From an uncultured Verrucomicrobiae bacterium (GTDB lineage: Bacteria > Verrucomicrobiota > Verrucomicrobiia > Limisphaerales > Palsa-1400), in assembly GCA_963702845.1 (NCBI GenBank), contig OY969763.1:4800001-4864000 (forward strand): 64,000 nucleotides of DNA, written 5' to 3'. The position numbers and the translations under genes are program-made. Positions 49,325 through 59,224 of the stretch are shown here, piece after piece. The notes under the pieces are model-generated. The model worked only from the letters and a program-made list of their open reading frames with translations, did no database searches and had not been told where the DNA came from. Each line of letters opens with the position of its first letter. Position 1 is the stretch's first letter.

Positions 49325-50663
49325 TTATGGCTTCAGTTCAATTCCGTTAATTACGCGTACTCGGTCACCGCTTATCGTCGGGCGGCTTTCGTTCAGTCCC
49401 GGCCAGCGTTCTTTTAACAGCTTGAAAAACCAATCGTTCACGGACTCTGCAATGTCATTGTCGTCGCAAAAGTCTCGGAACGCGTTTTGCAAATGTTCTT
49501 TTGGAACGCGCGCATCGGCGGCTACTTTGCAGCGTAAGGAAATGAATGTGCCGATTGGGTCGTTAGAAATTCGGAAACGATTGTGAACTTCACGACTATG
49601 GCATCCACCAAGCGGAATTTCGCCCGCCTTCAACAGCTGCTGTAATCCCTCGATCATCCATTTGAAAACACCATCGCGCTCTAAAGCCAAACGTCGCTTT
49701 AGTGTGGCATCCTTTTTATCTGGCAAGTAATCGAATCGCAAAAAACGCGTACGCCTCAGTTCCGCTTCTGTACCGTGTTTGAATCGTGGAAGTGCATTCG
49801 CCAAAAACCATAGCTTGCATGTGGTCTGCATTGTAAAAGGTGAGCCGTAAATTGGTCGCGCTTCGATTGATTCACCAGACACCACTGCTTTGAATGCCGC
49901 CGAATCTCCAAGCTCGATGGCGTCGAGTTCTGGTACCAAGATTGACGGCTGCATAGCGTAGCTTCGGAACGTGGTAGCTCTTGCCATCGCAAATCTGCGA
50001 CATGCTGAGGCGCGGCACAATTTCGCGGCCTAGCGCTTCAGCAATCGGCTCGGCACATGTCGATTTTCCTCGCCCTGCTTCGCCGTATGCCACAAGGGCA
50101 GTTTCGAACCGAGAATCAGGCAATAAGACGTTGCCCGCGAAAAGTTGGTACAATTGGCGGTCGTCGTCATCTGGCAGTGCTTCTGACAAAACACGGCGGA
50201 ACAAAGGCGCATCTGCGTCTGGGGTGAACTTCGCGGCAATTGCCAAGGTGAAACAGCAATCGGGGTTGTGCGGTTCCAAAGTCGTAACGCCGTCTTGCGT
50301 CACACGAACGATACCGTTTTGACAATTCAGCAATATGTCGCTGTCAGCATTGAATCTGTAAAAGCCGGTGAATGAATCAGCGGACTTTTGGAACCGGCCC
50401 TCTAGGTCGTCTAGCAGAGCGTTTGCACGACGATCTGTTCGTATATCTGGCGGCAATACATTTTGTGCAATTGGCCGGAACCTGGCGCGATCAATAATGT
50501 GCCAGCATCCATTTTCATAAGCGTGCCAATCCGCGCCACAAGTTCTAATCGGTGGCAATTGGGTCGCGAGGTTGTTCGCGTAGTCAAACTCCGTTGGTTT
50601 CGTTGTTGTCAATCTCTGGAGTTCCGGCACGTCGGTAAGTTCTATTACGAGCGGTACGTTCAT
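49325..50663 (-). CDS. D5/P4-family primase-associated SF3 helicase, apparent frameshift near 49931
   Basis: LNCQNG, YGEAGRGKST in ORF 49872..50663; FKAVVSGE.I.AR, LAN.LP, RR in ORF 49325..50020. Confidence 0.85.
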
Positions 50664-51363
50664 CGTTTTTCCATGGGTTTAAAATTTAGAAAGAAAACCG
50701 TCTGGCGTTTTCCATTCTCCCGCGTGCCGTCCGGCATTCTGACAAACTGGCAGGGTGTCCACGTCTTGTGATTGGCCCCGAGGGAAACAGCGTAGCGAAA
50801 GAATCTGTAAACTTTGTCCTCGGGTTGTCCCTCAACGTAAAACCAAGCGTGCATTGATTTGCCTCCAGAGAACACGGCGCACACAAGCGGCCCCTTGCCT
50901 GCGAGGTGGAGAATTAAAGCCGCGTGTTCATCGGTCGTGCCTTTATCAAACTCGCAAATCAAAAACCGGCGCGGCCCTGTGTTGTTTAGGCAATGCTCTG
51001 ACTGCCTTCCGTCCTTGGTCAAACCTGTGACGGCAGACATCGGAGAAGGGACAATAAGCTGCAATTGTGACAACCTACCGCGCCACTGGTCGCGAGTTCT
51101 GGTGTTGAAGTCGTAACTGGACTCGCCACAACAAAGCAACGGGTTGTTAGGAAATAAGCGGTCGATGATCGCTCCGTATGGTGTTCGTTGTCATCGATGT
51201 GAACAGGCGACAGTTCCCAAAGGTCGGCAAGCTGCCCACCGTCACGAATAATCGCTTCGCGTTGCTCCTGATTAACGTCCGGCCATTTCGTCACGGCGTT
51301 TACCGGCTGGACGTTCCCACTCGGCTCAGGCGATTGCGTAGCTGTTTGACGGCTCTGAAACAT
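50660..51363 (-). CDS. RepB/AEP-type primase, apparent frameshift near 51171; start uncertain
   Basis: RRFLICEFD, SGGKSMHAWF, QFVRMPDG.R. Confidence 0.7.
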
Positions 51364-51385
51364 GGGTAGAGAGGTTTTGTTTTTG

Positions 51386-51961
51386 TTATGCGGGAAATTT
51401 TCCGTCGAGCAACAAAGCAACGTACTCGTCTAGCTTTTGGCCGTCAGAAACCTGCGAATCGGTTTCGCTTTTTGCGCTACGCAATCCTTCGATCAGAGGC
51501 CAGAAACTTTTGAGAACCGTAACCCTCGGAAGCAAGCTGCGCTTCATTTGTTCTGTCTCGGGTTTTGATAAATCAGCAAAACCAAAAAGGTTGTCGAGCA
51601 TCGCCGTTGCTTCGACTTTGCGACGCTCGTATTCGGCAGTCCACACGTCATCAACATGGTTTTTAACCACGCGCCAGCTCGCTTCTTTAGCTTCTTCAGC
51701 CTCGGTTACGTTCTTTTCTGCTGCGGCAATCGGTTTCGCGTGGAGTGGTGCTCGCGCTATTAGGACACCGATGCGAGCCACTGCTTTTTCGTCGAATAAA
51801 TCAGCATTTGCTTGAAGGTTCCCTAGCTCTTGTGCCTCTGAGTCCTGAGCGCCACGGGCGGCAATCAGCGTTGCCTTTGTGGATTCGACATTTTTGCGGG
51901 CTTGATTGAGCGCTGCGTACTTGGTTTTAATTTCGTTCGTTGGAATTTTTGTGTTGGTCAT
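51386..51961 (-). CDS. Coiled-coil hypothetical protein
   Basis: Ala/Glu/Lys-rich helical ORF in the element's leftward operon. Confidence 0.65.
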   Translation of the reverse strand: MTNTKIPTNEIKTKYAALNQARKNVESTKATLIAARGAQDSEAQELGNLQANADLFDEKAVARIGVLIARAPLHAKPIAAAEKNVTEAEEAKEASWRVVKNHVDDVWTAEYERRKVEATAMLDNLFGFADLSKPETEQMKRSLLPRVTVLKSFWPLIEGLRSAKSETDSQVSDGQKLDEYVALLLDGKFPA

Positions 51962-52005
51962 AAATTTTTCAATTGCTGTTTTGTTTTCGAAGGGACGTGA
52001 TTGAA

Positions 52006-52248
52006 CTAAGCTTTTCCGCGCCGTTGCACCCCGTATTTTTCTTTGAGCCACACGGCAACTTCTGGAAGGTCGAAGCGCGTCCTTCGAGCCCCCAACGCCA
52101 AATAAGGCATACCCGCTGCCATTTGGTCAGACACCCAGCGGATTGATTTCATTCCAGCCAAAGAGGCAACGGCTCGCTTATCGCCAAAACGATTTGCTGA
52201 CAACTTGTCGCCGGTATCAGCGTCCGGCAGTAGTAACGTACTATTCAT
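52006..52248 (-). CDS. AlpA/excisionase-like HTH protein
   Basis: DKRAVA......SIRWV...M..GMPY..LG.RRTRFDL.EV..WL. Confidence 0.75.
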   Translation of the reverse strand: MNSTLLLPDADTGDKLSANRFGDKRAVASLAGMKSIRWVSDQMAAGMPYLALGARRTRFDLPEVAVWLKEKYGVQRRGKA

Positions 52249-52296
52249 GCAAGGCATCGTAGAAATTGCGTCTTGAACACGCAACGCCAAAGGTGT

Positions 52297-52959
52297 ATGA
52301 AAAGGTGTATGAAAAAGACGCGAAAGAAAATACACGTTAAGGTCAAGCCGAAGCATGTGCTTTCCAGGCTCCGCAAAGTAATTGGGGTGGAATTAAGGGA
52401 ATGTGAGCCTTACCTCGGATTGTCCCCGCACACTGTAAAATCAATTCAAAGTGGCCGGTTACGCTTCAGCGAGCGCAATGCGCAGATTGTATCTGCAAAG
52501 ACGGCAATCGCGGTTGATTGTCTTTTAGAAAATAACGATCAAAAGCCTTTGGTATGTGTGTTAGGATGCCCTTATACCCGCGAAACCTACGACTCTCACG
52601 AGCTGAGGATTAGAAAATGGGAAGAGGCACAACGCAAAATAAACAAAGCGTCTGCTTCGCCATCACAGCTAGACAAAATAATCTTCGCCTATCAGCACAT
52701 AAGGCAATTTCACTCTCTCACAATAAAACTCGCTCGGCTTTTATTGGCAGCGCATTCGAAAAAAGACGGGGGGTTTGTTTGGGGGAAGCTTGAACAGGAG
52801 ATGCGACGACTAGGAAAATCCTATCCGGATTACCCCATGCTTGACACATTCGAGCGAAAACTACAGAACGCCGCTGGTGGCAATTTGCTAAAAGACCATG
52901 CTTTGTGGACAGCTATTACAACGACTTTTATTAGCGAAGTTCATAGGCGACAGTCGTAA
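52297..52959 (+). CDS. Putative XRE-type repressor of element 2
   Basis: LSRLRKVIG......LGLS..TVKSIQSGRL; divergent from the xis-like gene. Confidence 0.6.
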   Translation: MKRCMKKTRKKIHVKVKPKHVLSRLRKVIGVELRECEPYLGLSPHTVKSIQSGRLRFSERNAQIVSAKTAIAVDCLLENNDQKPLVCVLGCPYTRETYDSHELRIRKWEEAQRKINKASASPSQLDKIIFAYQHIRQFHSLTIKLARLLLAAHSKKDGGFVWGKLEQEMRRLGKSYPDYPMLDTFERKLQNAAGGNLLKDHALWTAITTTFISEVHRRQS

Positions 52960-53537
52960 ACGGGAAGCGTTGCATCTTTATAGTCAAACACGCCGACTCT
53001 TACGGCTTTTAGCGGAGAGTCCACCGTGTCCCCAGTCGCAAGCTCTTTCTCTTTCGGGTGATTTTTGAGAAGGTATGCCATGCCTTCCATCAGTTGGTAC
53101 TGTTTAGTGTAGCGGTTGAAATCGTACAATTGCACGATAACGCCTTGCCGAATGACTCGAACCACTTGCAATCGCTCATCCGCAGGCCCGTAGGCGGCCA
53201 ATACTTCCGGTTTAATATTGCGAGCGATAGGCTGATCCGTTTGCAACTTCTCGGAGAACTTTGGCTTTAACAGGAAAAACGCGGCTATACCGACAGCTAT
53301 TACAAAAATCAAAGCAAGGGGCAACGCACGTTTGAATTCCCAACGGTCCAACTTTTTAGATTGTGATTCAGGAAAAGATTGCGTGGGCGCACATATAACG
53401 GTTGTTTGTCGGCAATGCGGACACTCGATTCCCCGCTTTTCCTCTTTATCTAGCGCAGTTGCGTCAAACTCTATATGCCCGCCGCAATGCTGGCAACGGC
53501 ACGTAACAAACCGGCTCAATTCAGCTTCACCCATCAC
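52941..53537 (-). CDS. Zinc-ribbon plus TM hypothetical protein
   Basis: CQHCGGHIEF...CPHC followed by a TM helix. Confidence 0.65.
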   Translation of the reverse strand: MMGEAELSRFVTCRCQHCGGHIEFDATALDKEEKRGIECPHCRQTTVICAPTQSFPESQSKKLDRWEFKRALPLALIFVIAVGIAAFFLLKPKFSEKLQTDQPIARNIKPEVLAAYGPADERLQVVRVIRQGVIVQLYDFNRYTKQYQLMEGMAYLLKNHPKEKELATGDTVDSPLKAVRVGVFDYKDATLPVYDCRL

Positions 53538-53637
53538 GCAGTCAATCGAACACCAAGCAAGCGGCTAGAGCAAGCGTCATGTCCATCGTTAATTTTTGGG
53601 TTGGATTTCGAAAGCTTAGACAAGCAACCTTTGGCGC

Positions 53638-54291
53638 ATGGGTTCTGAAAGCCACGATATTACAGGGTTCGGAAAAGTTGCCGAACAATTTCAATTATCT
53701 ACCAAGGAAATCCGAGAAACGTTGCAGTTTTTCTTAAGCCCGATCGCGAAAGAGAGTGGAGAATGGATTGCTGACCACATTCGCATCGCTCGCATAAAGA
53801 ACGTCCAGAAAGTTTTGCAGTTGGCAAAGGCTGAACTGGAGGTATCTGGAATTCCCAATAACGCGGTAGAAACTAAGGTTCTTGTCCCGCTTTTGGAATC
53901 ATGCTCGCTGGAGCAAGATGAAGATATGGTGCAACGGTGGGCGAAGTTATTGGTAAGAGCGACCACAGGGGACCCCGTTCTCCCATCCTACATCCGCATC
54001 CTATCCGAACTTTCCCCGCAGGGCGCACAAATGTTAGATGCGATCAATGCTAGTTTTTCCGAGCATGGTGTTGACGTGAATTTGATATTATTTCCGCCGG
54101 ACGTAGGATTTGGCCAAGTGCAGCCGATACTTCTGAATCTTCAACGTCTCGATTTAATTCACGCTGTGCTCCCCGCGATGCATTTTGGAACCCCTCGGAT
54201 TGGAGCGAATCAAAATGTAACGAATGGACAGGAGTTTGTTGCCATTTCTCCATTTGGCCGAGAATTTCTCCGCGCCTGCACGGGCATGTAG
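53638..54291 (+). CDS. Abi-alpha / DUF4393-like protein
   Basis: VPLLE.CSLE.DE.M..RWAKLL, PSYI.IL.ELSP, NLQRL.LI, SPFG.EF..AC. Confidence 0.7.
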   Translation: MGSESHDITGFGKVAEQFQLSTKEIRETLQFFLSPIAKESGEWIADHIRIARIKNVQKVLQLAKAELEVSGIPNNAVETKVLVPLLESCSLEQDEDMVQRWAKLLVRATTGDPVLPSYIRILSELSPQGAQMLDAINASFSEHGVDVNLILFPPDVGFGQVQPILLNLQRLDLIHAVLPAMHFGTPRIGANQNVTNGQEFVAISPFGREFLRACTGM

Positions 54292-54584
54292 CCAAAAAAA
54301 GTATGTGGACGGATATCGGCGCGAAGGGGAGTAGGTGGAGTTTAATTTCAGCAACCCCGCGCTACAACGCCCCGCCTTGCGCTCAGGATTGCGCACAAGC
54401 GATTTTGTTTACTGTCTTGGCTGGATTCCGTCCACCCCGTCCCGTGCAACAAAGTGCAACAACGCTTTTGCACGTTAACGATATAACGACGACAGATTCC
54501 GAAAAAGGCGCGAGGCTGATTATCGCCTTTATTCATGCGGGTATAGTGCAGCTTTATGCCGTAGTCGTGAAGTTGCGGAATGGC

Positions 54585-54628
54585 TTCCTAAACCGCGCAT
54601 CCCGGTTCAATTCCGGGCGAGGCTACCA
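54585..54628. repeat. Right att site of element 2 (displaced tRNA-Arg 3' half)
   Basis: 44-bp copy of 47364..47407 with 4 mismatches. Confidence 0.92.
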
Positions 54629-54675
54629 TTCCCCAAAATTCTTTGATTCCAGAGTGGAGTTTGCAAGAATCACGC

Positions 54676-55914
54676 GTGTTTCGTATACGAATTACTCCGA
54701 AGCTTTTGCGATTCAAACTGAGCGCGCTCATCGTTTTTGTCGTTGTCTTCGGCGCGAACAGTTCCTTTTCGGCGGCCCCGTTCCTTGAGCAATCCAAATT
54801 ATTTGAGGCTCACAAAGACGGGATTGCGTTGTTTCGGATCCCCGGGATGGTCGTCGCAACGAACGGCGCGGTGCTGGTTTATTGTGAGGCGCGACGCAAT
54901 AGTTCGAGCGACTGGGCCGACAGCGAGATTTGGATCCGGCGAAGTACGAATGGCGGTGTGTCGTTTGATGCGCCAAAAAAAATCGCCCACCTTGGCAAAC
55001 GATTAAAACGAAACGCCATCGGACTTGTCCGAAAAGAAGGAAGCGCCGAAGATCAAACGGTCAACAATCCTGTGGCAATCGTGGATCGGCAGACCGGCGC
55101 GATTCATTTTCTATATTGCGTCAATTACGACCGGTGCTTTTACATGCGCAGTGATGATAATGGAGTCACCTTTTCGCAACCGATCGACATTAGGGCGACG
55201 TTCGACGCGTTTCGGCCTGAATACAATAGCCGCGTCATCGCTACCGGGCCGGGTCACGGAATCCAACTTAGGGGCGGACGATTGCTGGTGTCGGTGTGGC
55301 TCTCGACGGGAGACAAAGGGCATTCTCCGTCGGTAACAGCAACTATTTACAGTGATGATCACGGCGCCTCATGGCATCGAGGTGACATCGCTTTGCCAAG
55401 TCGCTCCGAGTGGCCGAATCCAAACGAGGCGATGGCGTTAGAACTGGCAAACGGCAGCGTGATGTTGAATGTTCGGACGTCCGCTCCTCAAAATCGTCGC
55501 GTTTTTACAATCAGCCCTGACGGAGCAACCCACTGGTCGGCTGGTGAGTTGAGCGGACAATTAGTGGAACCGATCTGTATGGCCAGTATTGTTCGGTATT
55601 CAATTGCGTCGGAGTCGAACAAGAATCGGTTGCTTTTTTCCAATCCAGATTCGTTGGAAGCGACGAACAAAGACGGGGCCGTTCCGGGCGGTCATCGGGC
55701 TCGAAAGAATTTATCTGTCCAGCTAAGTTATGACGAAGGACGGACCTGGCCAGTGAAACGCGTTCTGGAACCGAGCCGTAGCGCCTACTCAGACCTAGCG
55801 GTGCTCGGTGATGGAACGATTCTGTGTTTTTATGAAGGGCAGCAAACTTTGACGCTGGCGCGTTTCAATCTTGAATGGCTCACCAATGGCAAAGATTCAG
55901 CGCAGAGAAAATGA
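54676..55914 (+). CDS. Sialidase (GH33), start approximate
   Basis: FRIP motif; Asp boxes STNGGVSF, SDDNGVTF, SDDHGASW, SYDEGRTW; SAYS. Confidence 0.92.
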   Translation: MFRIRITPKLLRFKLSALIVFVVVFGANSSFSAAPFLEQSKLFEAHKDGIALFRIPGMVVATNGAVLVYCEARRNSSSDWADSEIWIRRSTNGGVSFDAPKKIAHLGKRLKRNAIGLVRKEGSAEDQTVNNPVAIVDRQTGAIHFLYCVNYDRCFYMRSDDNGVTFSQPIDIRATFDAFRPEYNSRVIATGPGHGIQLRGGRLLVSVWLSTGDKGHSPSVTATIYSDDHGASWHRGDIALPSRSEWPNPNEAMALELANGSVMLNVRTSAPQNRRVFTISPDGATHWSAGELSGQLVEPICMASIVRYSIASESNKNRLLFSNPDSLEATNKDGAVPGGHRARKNLSVQLSYDEGRTWPVKRVLEPSRSAYSDLAVLGDGTILCFYEGQQTLTLARFNLEWLTNGKDSAQRK

Positions 55915-55918
55915 TGCG

Positions 55919-57019
55919 ATGAATCGTTGCGCTCATCGACGGGTTTCGATCACGGGGTTTTGTTTGTTCGTTCTAATTGCGTTTGCAAGCTGCACGACTC
56001 CACATCGCACCGGGCGTAATGAAATGACTTGGACCAAGCTGCCGTCCATTCCCGATGCCGAAGGTTTTGCGGGAAGTTTTGCAGGCGTTAGTCATGGTGC
56101 ACTGATTCTTGCGGGCGGCGCAAACATGGTCGGTGATAAATGGGGGACGAACTTTCATAAGCAGTGGAGCGATTCGGTTTTTGTTCTAGAGAGCCCACAA
56201 TCGCAGTGGCACTTCGGAGGGAAACTACCGCATCCAATTGGTTATGGTGTTTCAATCACAACGGACGATGGATTGATCTGTATCGGAGGAAGTGATTCGA
56301 GGGGGCATTACCCGGATGTCTTTCGGTTGTCGTGGCAGAATGGCGAGGTGCACGTCGCGACGTTGCCGGCTTTGCCGAAACCGTGCGCGAATTGTTGTGG
56401 GGCGAGGATCGAACAGACGATTTATGTCGCAGGCGGACTGGAATTTCCCGGTGCGACAAACACGATGAAAACCTTTTGTGCATTGGATTTATCGGCGGAA
56501 AAATTGCAATGGGTTGAAGTTCCGCCATGGCCCGGGTCAGATCGAATGCTCGCTGTTGCCGGTGTACTTCGAGGTGAGTTCTACCTCGTCAGCGGCGCGC
56601 GGCTGAAATCAGGTGCGCAGGGAAAAGTCACGCGTGAGTATCTAAAAGACGCTTACGCGTATTCGCCGAAAAAAGGCTGGCGCAAAATTGCAGACGTTCC
56701 ACAGGCGGTCACGGCGGCGCCTTCACCGGTAATTTCAACGGAGCAGTTGCTGATCGTTTCTGGGGATGACGGATCGAAAACTGATCTTCCACCGAGCCCA
56801 GCGCATCCCGGGTTTTCGCATGATGTGCTTGCCTATGATGTTGAGATGAATCGTTGGTCGGTTGTAGGCCAGGTGCCTTTTTCCCGTGCGACAGCGCCTG
56901 TGGTTGAATGGAATGGGCATGTGGTCGTGCCGATGGGTGAAGTGCGTCCGCGCGAGCGCACGACGGAAGTCTGGTGGGCACAATTCCCGCAACCCCGTAT
57001 AGAGGGCCGAAAGCCGTGA
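55919..57019 (+). CDS. Kelch-repeat protein, N-acetylneuraminate epimerase (NanM)-like
   Basis: Repeated GG kelch motifs, C-terminal GEVRP..RT; cluster context. Confidence 0.8.
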   Translation: MNRCAHRRVSITGFCLFVLIAFASCTTPHRTGRNEMTWTKLPSIPDAEGFAGSFAGVSHGALILAGGANMVGDKWGTNFHKQWSDSVFVLESPQSQWHFGGKLPHPIGYGVSITTDDGLICIGGSDSRGHYPDVFRLSWQNGEVHVATLPALPKPCANCCGARIEQTIYVAGGLEFPGATNTMKTFCALDLSAEKLQWVEVPPWPGSDRMLAVAGVLRGEFYLVSGARLKSGAQGKVTREYLKDAYAYSPKKGWRKIADVPQAVTAAPSPVISTEQLLIVSGDDGSKTDLPPSPAHPGFSHDVLAYDVEMNRWSVVGQVPFSRATAPVVEWNGHVVVPMGEVRPRERTTEVWWAQFPQPRIEGRKP

Positions 57020-58278
57020 CGCGTTCGAAACTTAATCCAGCATGGGTCGTGGTCGGCTTGCTTTGGGTCGTTGCATTGTTGAATTACCTCGACCGGCTGA
57101 TGATCACGACGATGCGCGATCCGATCGTCGCGGCAATTCCGATGTCGGATGCGCAGTTCGGCTTGCTGACGTCGATGTTCCTTTGGGTGTATGGGACCGT
57201 CAGTCCGTTAGGAGGATTTTTGGCCGACCGTTTTAGCCGGAGCAAGGTCATTATGGGGAGTCTGTTGATTTGGTCGGTGGTTACGTGGCTGACAGGACAC
57301 GTGAAGACATTTGACCAGTTGCTGTGGACGCGAGCAGTGATGGGTGTGAGTGAGGCTTGTTATATTCCGGCGGCGCTGGCGTTGATATCCGATTACCATC
57401 GAGGCACCACGCGTTCGCTGGCGACTGGTTTGCACATGAGCGGCGTTTACACGGGCGCGGCGCTGGGCGGTATCGGCGGTTACATCGCGGAATCGTATGG
57501 GTGGCGAGTTGGGTTTTCTTTGTTCGGTCTGGTGGGAATCAGTTACGCGGTCGTGCTGATCTTCTTTCTTCGCGATAACGCAACTCGGGGAAGCGACGTA
57601 ATAACGACATCTACAAACGATGTGAAGCCGTTAGCGGCTCTTGCTGCTTTGTTTGGCGTCGCAGGTTTCTGGATTTTACTCGCGTTAAACGCATTGGTTG
57701 GAGTCGCAAATTGGGGGATCAACGGTTGGCTGCCAACCTATCTGAAAGATCAATTCCACCTTGGCCTGGGTTCGGCTGGATTATCGGCAACGGCCTACAT
57801 CCAAACTGCGTCCTTCCTCGGAGTGCTGATTGGCGGCGCGTGGGCTGATCGGTGGGCGCGACGTGATCGGCGCGGGCGAGCGTTCGTTCCTGCTATCGGT
57901 TATCTCATCGCTGGACCGTGCTTATTTCTAAGTGCGACGGCGGGGGCGCTCGCACCGGCTTTGGCAGGTCTGATTGTCTTCGGACTCGCGCGCGGATTTT
58001 TTGACGCGAATCACATGCCGATTTTGCGACAACTGACGGACGAGAAATATAGTGCAACAGGATACGGCGTGCTTAATTTCGTCAGTTGCAGTGCCGGTGG
58101 CGTGATGATTTTAGCGGGTGGCATGATCAAAGATGCGCATGTTCCTTTGAGCATCGTGTTCCAGTTTTCGGCCGCTGGGTTGTTGATCGTGGGAATCCTG
58201 CTGCTGTGCCTGAGGCCTGCTAAAACAACTCCTATCGTCGCGCCAATTCCATTGATAAATTTAAATACAAAAATATGA
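57016..58278 (+). CDS. MFS transporter, probable sialic acid uptake
   Basis: LNYLDR, GFLADRFSR, about 12 TM helices. Confidence 0.88.
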   Translation: MTRSKLNPAWVVVGLLWVVALLNYLDRLMITTMRDPIVAAIPMSDAQFGLLTSMFLWVYGTVSPLGGFLADRFSRSKVIMGSLLIWSVVTWLTGHVKTFDQLLWTRAVMGVSEACYIPAALALISDYHRGTTRSLATGLHMSGVYTGAALGGIGGYIAESYGWRVGFSLFGLVGISYAVVLIFFLRDNATRGSDVITTSTNDVKPLAALAALFGVAGFWILLALNALVGVANWGINGWLPTYLKDQFHLGLGSAGLSATAYIQTASFLGVLIGGAWADRWARRDRRGRAFVPAIGYLIAGPCLFLSATAGALAPALAGLIVFGLARGFFDANHMPILRQLTDEKYSATGYGVLNFVSCSAGGVMILAGGMIKDAHVPLSIVFQFSAAGLLIVGILLLCLRPAKTTPIVAPIPLINLNTKI

Positions 58279-59195
58279 AGCTGAGACTTAACGGACTGAT
58301 TGCTGCTCCTTTCACTCCGATGCGCAATGACCGGAGTGTGAACCTGGCTCTGATTCCGCAACAGGCGCGATTGCTTGTTGCGAACGGCGTCAGTGGCGCC
58401 TTTATTTGCGGGACCACGGGGGAAGGATTTTCGTTAACGACGGAGGAACGGATGCGCGTGGCGGAGGCGTGGGTAGCGTCGGTTCCACAAGGCACCCACG
58501 TTATCGTCCACGTAGGCCACAACAGCCTGGAGGACAGTCAGGCGCTTGCCGCCCATGCACAAAAGACCGGAGCGGCTGCAATTGCCACGATAGGCCCAAA
58601 CTTTTTTCGCCCTGCCAACATTGATCAATTGGTCGGTTATTGTGAAGAAGTCGCGACGTCCGCGCCAATGCTTCCGTTTTACTTTTATCACATGCCGGCG
58701 ATGACGGGCATTAATCTGCCGATGATCGATTTTCTAAGGACGGCGAGCCAGCGCATTCCGAATCTTGCCGGAATCAAGTTCACACACGAAAACCTGATGG
58801 ACTATGCAGAGTGCGTTGCGTTCGAAAGTGGAAAATTTGACGTGCTGTTTGGGCGCGATGAAATTTTGCTCGGTGCGCTGGCATTGGGCGCCACGGGCGC
58901 GGTGGGCAGCACGTACAATTACATGGCGCCGGTTTATCGATCGGTAATCGATGCTTTCAAACGCGGCGATATCGCAGCCGCACGAAAACACCAATTACAG
59001 GCGATCGACATCATTGAAGTGATGATTCGCCACGGCGGCATGTCAGCAGGCAAGGCGATGATGAAGATGGCGGGTGTCGATTGCGGGCCATCTCGATTGC
59101 CATTGCGGACTTTGACAGCAAAGGAAATCAGCGCTCTGGAAGCAGACCTTGAGAAGGCCGGCTTTCGATCGGTCGTAAGCACTACTCAGGGATAA
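58275..59195 (+). CDS. nanA: N-acetylneuraminate lyase (DHDPS family)
   Basis: GTTGEG, YH.P..TG, GIKFT, GRDE, GAVGSTYN. Confidence 0.85.
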   Translation: MKLRLNGLIAAPFTPMRNDRSVNLALIPQQARLLVANGVSGAFICGTTGEGFSLTTEERMRVAEAWVASVPQGTHVIVHVGHNSLEDSQALAAHAQKTGAAAIATIGPNFFRPANIDQLVGYCEEVATSAPMLPFYFYHMPAMTGINLPMIDFLRTASQRIPNLAGIKFTHENLMDYAECVAFESGKFDVLFGRDEILLGALALGATGAVGSTYNYMAPVYRSVIDAFKRGDIAAARKHQLQAIDIIEVMIRHGGMSAGKAMMKMAGVDCGPSRLPLRTLTAKEISALEADLEKAGFRSVVSTTQG

Positions 59196-59224
59196 TCGAC
59201 GCGAGATTACCAAATTCCGATGTA

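Larger units (their letters stand above)
47364..54628. mobile_element. PICI/satellite-like integrative element, about 7.3 kb
   Basis: tRNA-Arg 3'-half repeats, integrase, divergent HTH/xis pair, primase, D5-type helicase, no structural genes. Confidence 0.85.

Noticed and set aside
54581..54628. Second tRNA-Arg gene
   Set aside because: Only the 3' half is present; upstream sequence cannot form the acceptor or D arm.
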